Source of the DNA: Hemiscyllium ocellatum
Taxonomy: Eukaryota
Length of the DNA stretch: 64,000 nt
NCBI RefSeq assembly: GCF_020745735.1
Contig: NC_083427.1
Coordinates: forward strand, 3,007,438-3,071,437
Direction of reading: 5' to 3'
Shown here piece by piece: positions 49,340-61,669 of this stretch. A model generated the notes under the pieces. The model was not told where the DNA came from, made no database searches, and was given only the letters and a program-made list of their open reading frames with translations. Numbering within the stretch: the stretch's first letter is position 1; each line of letters begins with the position of its first letter. The position numbers were made by a program, and so were the translations under genes.

Positions 49340-51399
49340 AATATCGTTGCCTACTTTTCTCTACATTGAACCCTGAAATATTGTGCTTCGACAAATTAAT
49401 CAAGGAGACCATTTCCTGCCTTTATTCAATGATTGTTCTTTGAGAATCTTTGCACGAGAAATACAAAGGTCGATAGTGAGTGAATAAATGATCTGTCAAT
49501 GTATCAAAACCCTGGCGTCCTTCCTTTCAACATCATTTAAAGAAAAACATAACAATGGTCAACTAGGCCTAACACTGAAAGTTTTAGTAGTTTTTATTTC
49601 CTCATAAGGCATAATTAATACGTTTTATCTAGTTGAAAGCTTGCAATGAGAAAAATCACCCCATACGTTCAGCTCCTTAAGCAAAGATACATAGGTCAGT
49701 ACATATAGATGCAGACATAATCATGTATATTCATATTAATAAGTTATAGAATAAACAAAGCGTGGAAAACGAGAAATCATACATTTTCAGAGATAGATAA
49801 AGACTGATAGATTGACTGATGTGTTAGGGAGACAAAAATAATGTTTAGTCGCTGTCAGTTCGATGCACACAGATATAAAAGCAATTGAAAATATAGGCAC
49901 AAACACAGAAAAATGAACAGATCAAGATACATGAACAGAGAGATAGATGTACAGAAAATTAAATTAACACTTGCACACTGGACAAAGAGAGAGAAAGATG
50001 CAGTGTATGGAATATATAATGAAATTTTTCATCAGCTAATACTATATTTTAAGCAATGATGAATAAACATACTTGCCATATCCATATTTATTTGCAGCGT
50101 ATGTTCACAATGTGAAGAAGTATCGAAGCCACCAGAAGAATCTCGACAATTCATTTCATGATCAAATCTTATCTACTGCATTGCTAAGACTGTAAATGTT
50201 ATTCTGCGACAATATAATGGACGTTAAGAGGTAGGAAATGGAAATCTCAGGATGCAATGACATCTGGTTTCCTAAGGATGCATTAGGACCTGCAGTATCG
50301 TAAGGAGCGATGCAGTTAGGAGGTGGATTGATCCCTGGGCCACTGCATTGCAGTGCTATGGACAAGCACATGCAACGATATAATATTCAGGACGTATCAA
50401 TGTAATCTTAGATATACCATGCTTTGGGCCAAGGGCGTGTAAGGAATTAACGGTAGGGGAGAGTTTGGATTGGTATTTCGATTTCTTAAAATAATTTGTA
50501 TAAGGTGAGTAACACCCACAAAGTCAAGGGCTAACTTAAAGCTGCTTGCAATACTGTGTGACCAGAACCACACGGAGAACAGATCAGATGAAGAAAGCAG
50601 ATTCCCTTCCGTAAGGGACAACAATGGACTAGGTTGCTTGGCAACATCACATTATATTTACTATCAAGAACATATTCATTTCCAGGGTTAATGGGTGGTT
50701 TGCTAAATTTACCTGTTGTAATAATGGCACAAGAGCGGGTGTCATTGAATCATTACTTGGATTTGAAACCAAGTAACATTGCCAGAATGTCGTCATGGCC
50801 ACAGGTCCAAAAATGCTGACACCTGGTTGACTGCAGTGTTATGAAAAGGATAAGGATCTGCAATTATTTAATAATGAAGTTGATTTCCAGCTCAAATGGG
50901 ATTAAGCTCCCAACTACTTTGAAAAACATTTCAATTCATATGCTGAGTGATGTAAGCTCTGATCTATTGTTCAATTCCTATCATAATAAATTACTTTCAT
51001 CCAATCAACTCGTGGTAGTTTAGGTACCGTATGGGAAGTTATGGGAAGATCTGCAGGCAACGAATGCAGTTTGGAAAACTTAAAATGCCACTGATTCGAA
51101 ATGTTGCTTCTTGCATGCCGGTATGCAATATCTCCTGAGGAAGACAGCGATAATGTGTCTGGGTATTTCATTGAGATAAGGGGACTGATGGATATTAGTC
51201 ACTTCACAAATATTATGCTGAAGTCTGAGAACGATGTAACAAACTACCGTTGCATAGATATCTATGTGGGAACGAGGGTCTTGAAGTTACCAGTCAATGT
51301 GTTAACATTTTAAACATCGACTAAGACACAGATAAGATCACAGATCTGCCTCTAAGAGAAGTGTCTAAATTATGTCAGTGTGTTAGTATCTCCTTGAGC

Positions 51400-54125
51400 G
51401 GGAGTGAGGACAGGATTTTATATAATATGGCATGTAGGCTGTGGTGCATATCGAAACTGGTAGATATGACAGGGCAGGAATCACAAAGTTGTGGTTGCAA
51501 GGGGAACAGGAATAGGCGCTAACTATTCAAGGATGTGCTTCCTTACGAAAAATTATGCAGGTGGGCAGAGCGGGTGGGTTGCCTTATTAGTAAGAGAAGA
51601 AGTTAAGTCAATAGTAGGAAATTAAGTAGGGTCACATGGTGCAGAATCTGCTTGGGTAGAATTGAAGAACCACAAAGTTTAAAAAAAAAAATTCGAGTTA
51701 TGCACAGGTCTTCAAACAGAAATCAGGAACTGGGGCTCCAGAAACAACAGGAGATAGACAAGATGTGCAGAAAAGGCAAATATTCAGTGATTATGAGGCG
51801 TTTCAATATGCAGTGGACCGCGAATATCAGGTTTCTCTTGGTTCTCAGGAAAAGTAATTTGTGGAATGTCCACTAGATGGCATTTTGGAGCAGCTTGTCA
51901 TGGAGCCTATTCGGGAGCAGTCAGTACCGGATTTCATGTTGTGCAATGAGGCAGACTTGATAAGGAAGCTTATCAAGGTTAAAGAACCCTTAGGAGGCAG
52001 TGACCATAACGTTATTGAATTTACTTTACAATTTGAGGGGGTAGACATACGATCAGAGGTATTGGTATTATAGTGGAATGAAGGCAAGTACAGAGGCATG
52101 GCGGAGCAGCTGGATAGAATTGACTAGGAGACGAGCCTAACAGGAAAAATAGTGGAACAGCAAATGGTAGGAGTTTCTTGGAATAATGCAGGAGACACAG
52201 CAAAGATTCATCTCGAGGAAAATGAAGTGTGGCACAGGGAGGATGAGGCAACCATGGCTGACTATGGAGGGCAAGGCGAGCATAAATGCTGAAGAGGAAA
52301 CACAAATGTTGTGAAGGACAGTGGGAAATCAATGAATTTTGAAGCTTACAAAGACCAAAAGGGGGTAACAAAAAAAGAAATACGGAGGGGAAATAATCCA
52401 TATGCAGGTAAGATAGCCAGTAATAAAAATGAGAGCGTTAGACTTTTTTGGTTTATAAAGCGCAAAAGAGAGGCAAAAGTGGACATTGGACTGGAAAATG
52501 ACACAAGAGATAGGCAATGGGGAACAAGGAAATGACTGACTAACCAAACAATTATTTCATATCCGTCTTCACGGTGGAAGATACAAGTGATATCCCAAAC
52601 GATCAAGAGATTGCAGGGCAGAGCTGAGTATGGTGGCCATCACCAAGTATAAGGTGCTGAAAAACTGAATGGCCTGAAGGTGGATAACTCACCTGTACCA
52701 AATAGACTAAACCCTGAGTTCGAAGGGAAATAACTGAAGAGATAATAAAGGCGTTAGTGGTGATCTTTCAGAAATCTCTAGAATCAGGGAGGGCTCCAGA
52801 GGACTGGAAAATCACTAATGTGATATGCATATTTAAAAAGGGAGTAAGTCAAATGACGGAAAATTGTAGAATGATTTGCCTAACATCAGTTTTGGATAAC
52901 ATCCTCGAAACTGTTGTGAAGGATGAGATTTCTGAAAAGTTGGAATTGTACGGTAAAATCAAATAAAGTCTGCATTGTTTTATCAAGGAGAGCCAATTGA
53001 TGTTATCTACCTGGATTTCAGGAAGTCTTTTGAAAAGTTGCTGGACAGGAAGATACTGAGTAAGGTTAAAGCCGATGGTATTATTGGCAAGGTGCTGGCG
53101 TTGATAGGAGCTTGCCTTCCTTGCAGGAACAGAGAGTTTGGATACAAGGATCTTTATCAGAATGACAACAGGTAAGAAATGCTGTTCCATAAGTGGTGTT
53201 CCACAAGGCTTGGTGTTGGTTCCACAACTTTTAATTCTATAAATTAACGATCCAGATGAAGGAACTGAGACCATTCTGGCTAAGTTCGAATACAGTCCAA
53301 AGATAGATAAAGGGACATGAGGCAGAAAGGCTGTGGAATTATTTTCACAGGTTAGGAGAGTTGACAAGAAAGTGGCAGACAGAATTCATCGTGGGAAAGT
53401 GTGAGGTCATCCACTTTGGTAAGAAGAATAGAGTAATGGACGACATTCCAAATGGGGAGAAAATTTAGAAGTCTGAAGTGCAAAAAGACTTGGTAGTTCT
53501 ACTCCAGCATTTTCTCAGTGTAAACTTGCCAGCTGAATCTGTTCTTAGGAAGGCAACTGCGATAATGGCATTTATTTTCAAGGGAGTTTAATATAAAAGT
53601 AGTGATGTATTTCTGATCAGACCATATTTGGTCCCCATATCTCAGGAACAATGCATTGGACCTAGAGTGTGTTCAGAGGAGTTTCATGAGAATCGTCCCA
53701 GGAATGAAAAAGTTAACATATGAAGAACGTTTGAAGACTCTGAGACTATACTCGATGGAATTTAGAAGGATAAGGGGTGAATCTAACTGAAGAGTACACA
53801 TTTTTGAATGGGAAGATGTTTCCATTGTTAGGAGAGACGAGGAGAAGAGGGCACACACTTAGAGCAAAGAGAATATATTTTAAAACGACATTAAGGGAAA
53901 CATCTTCAGTCAGAGAGTGGTGAATCTATGGAATTCGCTGCCAAATACCTCTGTGGAGGCCAGGTCATTTAATATATTTCAGACAGAGACGGGTAACTTT
54001 TTGATGATCACGAAGATCAAGGGTAATGGGGTGAAAGTAGAAGAATGGGCTTGAGAAACTTATCAGCCATAGTTGAATGGCGGATCAGACTCGATGGGCT
54101 GAATGGCCTAATTTCTGCTCCGACT
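51400..54125 (+). mobile_element. Long decayed CR1 ORF2 (APE-RT-3' UTR)
   Basis: EPLGGSDHNVIEF (APE end), EDWKITNVICIFKKG, DVIYLDFRKSFEK, and 3' UTR ggctgaatggcctaatttctgctcc. Confidence 0.9.
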
Positions 54126-57100
54126 TCTTATTATCTTATGGAAAGTCTGTGTGGTTGTATTTATTAATGAGATATCTTCCCTAATGGAGGGATTGGAGAG
54201 TCAAGTCGTTTACAAAAACTTCCTGAGGGACAGATCAGTGAATACAGTTAGTAATAATTTCACTGAGCGAATAATACAGAATATAAGGCTCATGGTTTTG
54301 GGGAGAAGTTTGAAATCACAGCATGGAATATGAGGAGTAGACATTAAACAGAATATCTTGGAATTAAAAACTGATCCCAGTGATGGTAATCATGATCATT
54401 GTTTAAAAATAAAACCATATCTATTTATCCAAAGTCATTGAAGGAAGAAAAGTTACCATTTTCAGCTGGTCTCACAGTAATGTCATTGAACCCTAACCTT
54501 GGGAAATGCCTACCAAGTCACTTACTTCCGGGGATGTATGAAATGAATAAATGCGAGTGATGAAGTATTAAATAAAATCCCGTCATTTTACTTGTTTTCC
54601 ACATCTTCTTCATAATTCTGTGGCTTATATTTTTGATTTACAAAATGCATTCTTTCGCAAGTCTGCAACGTGGACATCCACATCACTGGTCTGTCATTGT
54701 TCTCTTGAATTTCAGTTTCATCTTCAGCACTGTGATAGATTCCTGGAAAAGTTTCAAATTGTCCTTTCGCTTTCGACTTTTAAGTCATTGATGTGTTTAA
54801 AAAAAAAATTAGTGGTAGGATTATATAGATTCTCACAATTTTCACTGTATGGCTTCCTCAAAACCCAAATATTTTCTTTTCCACAGGCATGAGTAGACAA
54901 AACGGCATGGCATGTAATAAATCGTGGTAAATTTTCAAACAGCAGCACCTCAGGATTGCTGGGAGTTGTATTTTGTGATCTAAACCTCAGATGAAGGCAA
55001 AGTATTTGAGGACAGAACGTTGGCAGCTTATTGGTGAGGAAGGTTAGATTCAGAGAGCTGTGAACCAATCTGTCGTTCAGTAATTTAGAGTAGTAAAGAG
55101 GAAACCAGGTCATCTTCAGATAAAGTCATCATTTGTGAAACGGAAGTATTTCTTTGCAAACAAATTTGCATTTTAAGGTGCTTGCTGGATGGGTAGAAAA
55201 GGGATAAACAGTAAATTAAATATATTTGAATTTCCAAAGGCCATTTGATAACGATGCATAGAAGCGGCTAATGCACAAATTAAACGTACCTGCCTCAATA
55301 AACTTTGGTCAACATGCAAAAATAAGGGAATTAGAATTAGCACGGATTTTTATTAATTGTCACAAGTAATGAGCACAACTTATATTGATAATACAAATAA
55401 TAGATCAATATTATTTGATATAAAATAATCAATAGTGTAAAGTTAAACTGGAATCTACACTGTGAGCAGAAGATTAGGATTTTGAAATTAGGAATAAACA
55501 GCTTATGTGGACGACAATCTAGCAGGGAATAACACGTGGTTTAAAAATAAGTTTAGTCACTTTAGAATGCAGCATACAACACATACATTCCCTTTATGAC
55601 GTGTGATACTTCCATTGCTGGTTTTCCCGGAGTGGTAAAGCAGGAAGTTAACATCCAAGTGTATAAACCTATTTGGATATCAAAGCATGGATTTTCCTTT
55701 CAAAACATTAGAACAAAGTAGACCATCTGGCCTTGCCAGTCAGCTCCAACATGGTTGGATCTCTGCTCTACTTCTCTGCTTGGATCTGTCAGTACTCCAT
55801 TTCCTTGTACATTAAATATCCAGATCAAACTTGAATAAATTTTAAGATCGAATTCTTCGTAACGCTTGGAGAAGAAAGTTCCATTCTCCAATGAATCTTG
55901 AAGAGAACAAAATTGTTCACATCCCTTAAAATGGAGACATCTTAACAATGGTCCCTGGTCCTCGAATTTTCACTACGAGGACTACGAGAATAATAAGTTC
56001 TTGCTGCAGCTGCACGAAATTTTGCTCAGACTATACCTCGAGTTGTGGATATACTTACAGCCACAGTATAAGTTTTCTATGCCTACATTCAATGCTGTAT
56101 CAAGAAATTTACCAAGAATATTTCTGGGGCGATAGTTATTAACCTGAGATGAGCAGCTAAGCATATTTGGATGATGCCCTTTACAATTCAGAAAAATGGG
56201 GAAACACCTCATGAAAACACAGTACGCTTTGAAGGGACTTGACTGAAGACACACAAATAACTCACTTTGCATCACTAGGAAATCCAAATCAACTTCAGGG
56301 TAAGAGCTGATTATTTAGCATAGCAATGAGGTTTAATTTCGTCAGTCAGAGAATTGCGAAATTTGGAAATTATTCACTTCTAAATGCAACATCGTTGAGA
56401 ATGTTCAGAGCTGATACTGACATATTTATCTTTTCTCTCAGTCAATCAAAGGTTTAAAACAAATGGGAAGTTCAGTAGAATGTGATATTCGTAAGTGAAA
56501 CGCGAAATGGCCATGTGAGCTAGAGAGATCATATTTTATCTTCCCAATCCTATTTTTCAGTTTTGCTTTTAAAATAAGTTTAGGGCCATACAATACATAA
56601 AAACTACCAACATTCTCATTCAGTCTAAGGAGTTTATCAAGAAAGGAAGGGCAAACGCAGTTAAGTAAATGAGCTCACAAACTTTAGCAAACGCATGAGC
56701 TTGCTAAAATTTAGAGGGATGCGAAATGTAACATCTATGTGGAATATTTCAATGTTTCCATTCTACTTTTCCCCATTGGAAAACAGAAAGGTTAGGACAT
56801 TTGTGATGGATGCCTTACAAGGTACTCATGGAAAAGGATACTTTCACTTCTAGGTCAAGCTCTGGGAGAAACCCCTAGCCTTGATGCAAACTGTGGCCGC
56901 TCTGTGGGCTGCCAGTCTCAGAACATATTCCTGGCCACGACATGAAACCAAACCTGAATCACAGACTCAAATGAAGCTAGCATGGACTCCAAGCTTTGAG
57001 CTGAAATTAGAGCGGGCATCCACACTGGAGACTACCAGCATCCAATGCAATCAGCGCGGACTCTCAACCTCGAGATTGATCCAGAGCAAATTCCTGTTCT

Positions 57101-57518
57101 CAAGACAAAGCCAGGGCAGAGAACCCACCTTGGATGAAGCCAGCGCATTTTCGAGAACCTCCAGGTGAAGGCTGGCATAGACTGGTGCGAGTTTCATGCC
57201 AAAATGGACTCGTCTACTCCGGCCTCTATTCTTGAAAGATTCGCAATTCTAAAATTTTAATTTCTTTATTCTGCTTGTTCAGGTCTAATATTTTATTCCA
57301 CGAACATATTTTGAACTTAAGCTGGCATGAAGGTCTACAATGCCGGACATTTTATTTATTTTTTAATATGTTCCGCAGGATTTGTATCCAAATACTTTTG
57401 TACCTTCAATGGTACCATAATCAGCGATATTGTAATTTTTTAAACTATTCTCATGTGTGTACACGTGACAACATACCAAATGCCGCTATTGTACTCAAAC
57501 ACTGGCAAGTTCCGCCTA

Positions 57519-58428
57519 TCAGTTATATTGTTTATTAATGAGTTGAATAGTTGATCAAAATGGACATTCAATGGCGCTCTTGACCTGTTCTCGGAACTTG
57601 GACTGCGTCAGAACTTAAATAAATGTGTTTGCTGCAACTTAAATTCACCAGGAACAATCCAACTTTTGAAAATATATATGAAGAACTGTACACAGAACCT
57701 GACGGGTTTGTTGCTGAAACATTGTAGTAGAAAAATATACAATATATGGCAACCACAGAAATATAAAGCTGCCAGATATGCTGAAGAGTAAAATTGTAGA
57801 CAATTCAATTCTCCACCTCTGAGTGACTACGGTTTTCTCCCTTGCTTTGACCCAACAGAGTCTTGTGGACTCGACTTGCCACTAAAATATATCTAACCGT
57901 TTGAGCATTGATTAGCAAAATTAAAGTAAATGGGAACAATGGGTTGAAAACTGCATTGAACCAATCAAATCCTACCCACCCAGGTTCTGTGAAGTAGCTT
58001 GCATGACATAACAATACCAAGGTACATTGTCGATTATTACATCTGCTTCATATGCAAAATAGAAAGGATTTTTTTTATATAAACATAAGAGAATGCAAGT
58101 CGTTGCTACCACTACAAAAGCAGATCTCACATTGCAGTATTTCGTTTTCATCTCATGGCAACAAATGGCAACTAATCAATCAAAGGAGAAAGTGACAGTG
58201 AACCAGACAGAAGAGTCTATGGCTAACTGACTCAGGCCTAAGATAATGCAGCGCACAGAGGTTATGTCCAGGAATGACCTGGGAAGTAATAGTGACTGAT
58301 CCGCAGTAGTATGACTTCACTGATAAGGACCAACAAATTGGACATGGCCATAAACACCAGATAGCGAGTGGTGCAAGAGCAGAGTCCAGACTTTCCCCAA
58401 GACAGGATCACTATCGCTACTATATTTA
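57519..58428 (-). pseudogene. GPR139-like orphan GPCR pseudogene, exon 2
   Basis: Acceptor cttacag, then (V)NIVAIVILSWGKSGLCSCTTRYLVFMAMSNLLVLISEVILLRISHYYFPG / FLDIT...DSSVWFTVTFSFD*LVAICCHEMKTKYC...DNVPWYCY...WVGFDWFNAVFNPLFPFTLILLINAQTVRYILVASRVH...NTFI*VLTQSKFREQVKSAI. Multiple stops and frameshifts. Motifs match the expanded shark GPR139-like family as I recall it. Confidence 0.88.
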
Positions 58429-58989
58429 CTGTAAGACAGGAACATGGAAATGAGCCTGGAAATTGTAGATGAAACATTTCAAGCTCTCTGAGTCAAGATA
58501 GTAGATACTTAAATTTAGCACAGAAATTAGAAAGAGTTAACTACTGTAATAATAATAAAACTACTGACCATTATTCTGCTCCAACACGAACACACTAACC
58601 TTCAATCTTATTAGAGAAAGAGCAGATATGGGCAACCTGCCACTCTGAGTAGTTAGGTTAGCAACTTGGATTTCTAATTCCCGTGACAGCTTTTAAATTA
58701 CATGGAGAGCAATTTCAACATTGGCTGTGCTTGTTTCACAGTCCTCATTAAACATTGTGTCTGATGGGGCTAGCGAAAGAAGAATTGTAAAATGCCACGA
58801 AAATGCTTTTTTGAGACAATAACTCTTCACTCCAGACACAACAAGCAATTCCTGCTGTCCCAAATCACCATATATTGAAATCAAATAGTGGACATCATTT
58901 ACACTCACCCCAACATCATGCCTTTTATCAGCTGATCTTTAAGCTCTCACAGCAGTTCTCCTGCTCCAATCCAGTCGAACATAACATTA

Positions 58990-59500
58990 GAATAGAAGAA
59001 CTGGGATAAGGAGTAGGCCGTCTGGCCCTTCCTGCCTGCTCTGCCAGTCAAAACAATCTTGGATGATCTTTCCATGGACTCAGATTCACTTACCCACGCT
59101 CTCAACGTATCTCTTCATTCCTTTATTGTTAAAAAAAACTTAGTTTTAGAAGCGTTGACTGAATTAGTGTCAACAGCGTCATTGGGCAATGAATTCCATC
59201 GGTTAACAACCCTCTGGTGAAGACGTTCCTGCTCAATTCAATCCAAAATCTGCTCTCTCTAATCTTGAGGCTGTGCCCTCTTGTCCTAGCTTCAATGGCC
59301 AGTGGAAGCATCTTCTCTACTTCTATCTTATCTATTCCCTGAATAATTTATCTGTTTCTATAAAATCCCCCTCGCTCTTCTGAATTCCAATGAATGCAAT
59401 CCCAGTCTACACAGACCGTCCGCATAAGCCACACCCTCCATCTCCGGAATCAACCCAGTGAACCACCTCTGCACCCCCACGAGTGCAATACATCCTTTCG
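58990..59500 (-). mobile_element. CR1 3' end in the GPCR intron
   Basis: PLAIEARTRGHSLKIRESRFWIELSRNVFT on the minus strand. Confidence 0.75.
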
Positions 59501-61586
59501 TATAGGTGTGTTACTTGGTGTAGAATTCCTAACCTCTGACGTGGTTTTGTTTGGCCCCGTTCTGATGCATGTTATAGCCAAAGGTGTTAATGACCATAAT
59601 TCTCCGCTTTATGAGCAAGAAGTGAAATATCATTACATTTTTTTTTACATTTGCTATCAAATAAATTTACTGCAAAATTATTCCACATTGAATCCTCGGA
59701 GATAAGAATAAAATTGTGATAGTACGATGGAATGAAGACATGTGTAACCGGAAATAAAATGATTGAAATGAATGGGCTAGTCTACTCCACACAGGCCAAT
59801 ACCTTACTGAGAGGTGAGTTTGCAATGCCTCATGCCTCAAATTTGAGCGAATAAGACATTCCTTGTATTGTTGGAAGGAGCTCATAGGAAAAGAGCAAAA
59901 TTTGGACTAGGCATTTACAGTCACAGGAAGGAGCTACTTCACATGGTTACTGTTGATTTACATTCAACACATTTGTACAATGACAGATACCTGATCAACA
60001 GATGATGATAGTGATCAGAGGACTCAGTCAGTTACTTTAACATAGGGCGAACAAGGCTGTGCAGGAATACTGATAGAGATCGTGGGCATAAAAAGTTGCA
60101 CTGAAAGAGTCCTTGGTGATTTGTTGCAGTATATCCTTAAGTAGTACAGAATGCTGCTAGCACTGTGAAATGGTGGTGGAGAGACTAAACATTTAAGATT
60201 CCGGATGAGCTGATGAATCAAACTCTTTGTTTTTTACCTGAGATGACGGGTGCATTTATATTGCATGTGAGTGAAATTCGAGATCAGCTCATCTCTCTTG
60301 CCTTGTCAGTGGTAAGTAGTGGGCAGTATTCGAACAGTTGAATGCCACAGAATTGTCACCCTACAGCTCGCTCTTGTAGCAACAGCTTCTGGTAAATAAG
60401 TCCCTTTCTAACATTTGTAGTTGGGGATTCCGTGTTGCAAAGGTTATTGAAAGACAAGAGATAATAGTTGCATAATCATCGCTGCTGGTGCACATTGCTT
60501 GGCCCCTTTCCATCACAAATGTCAGGTCAACACTCCCGCCACCATCCTCGCCTTGACCCCGCACAAACCACACTCTCATTCTCCACGGATTCCGTAAAAT
60601 TCTTCCGTGAAAGTTAACACGAGGAATGTATACAGGCTGGGTTCGGGACTGTCAGTTCAGTTTTATTATGAACTACACCGGCCTCTTCCACTCCGAAAGT
60701 TCAATTCTTCAATGGTTAATGCAATTGCCAATACATATTCAAAGCCACCAGTTGTTTTTGCTTCAGTTAATAATCCACTTTTACAGTGACAGATACTCCC
60801 AGTGATACATGGTCACCGGATGAAATGGTTTCAACCAGCAAGTAACCAGTGCTCAGTTTAACGGCAAGCACGGACATAGCTTTAAATTGAGGGGTGAGAA
60901 ATATAGAACAGACATTCGATGTAGATTCTTTACTCCGAGTGGCAGGGGCATGGAACGTACTTCCTGAAACAATAGTAGACTAGCCAAATTTAAGGGCTTT
61001 TAAATGGTCATTGGGTAAACATATGCATGAAAACTGAATAGTGTAGGGTAGATGAGCTTCAGATTGGTTGCACAGGTCGACGTAACTTCGAGGCCTGAAT
61101 GCCCAGTGCTGTGCTATAATGTTCAATGTTCTATGTCATGCAGCACGGACAAGGCAATGAGGTCGGGATTTGACTCTATTCGATATCGTACAATTTCTGC
61201 AATTTTCCAATGAATATTTACTCTGGTCAATGCATTGTCAATGGTGAAACGGTTTCCAAGCAAGTTAGTGATTGCTATTTACCATAATAGGACGATCAAA
61301 TCCCACCTGCTAGGACATTACATTAGAAATTTGCCTTCGTGAAAGTCCTATTGAGCAACATATGGTTTTGCATTAAATCGACATGCCTGATTATTCTATT
61401 ATTTTAAATTCATAAAGGGGGGTTTATTTTCAAAGAAGAATATGAAATATAAGCACAGGGATATTTATGAACAGAATTTTAGAAATTGCAATATAATCTA
61501 TGACAGTTAATAATGATTCAGCGTGCAGTATTTGCAATTGCAGGAAAAAACAAATTTACAGATTTTGAATAATGATAGAAACTTAC

Positions 61587-61669
61587 CAGGAAGACCACTG
61601 ACTGAAAGCACCGTGTAGTATATCTTTGCAATTCTATAATACCAACATTTTCTCTGTGAAATGATTCAT
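61587..61669 (-). pseudogene. GPR139-like pseudogene, exon 1
   Basis: Reads MNHFTEKML / YYRIAKIYYTVLSVSGLP with a frameshift, ending at a phase-1 donor G|gtaagt (61586-61581). This matches the phase-1 acceptor at 58428 to give LPVNIVAIVILS. Confidence 0.75.

Noticed and set aside
56881-57230. GC-richer segment with a 95-aa ORF and a faint RT-like motif on the minus strand
   Set aside because: Similarity is too weak to assign by eye; it needs BLASTX.
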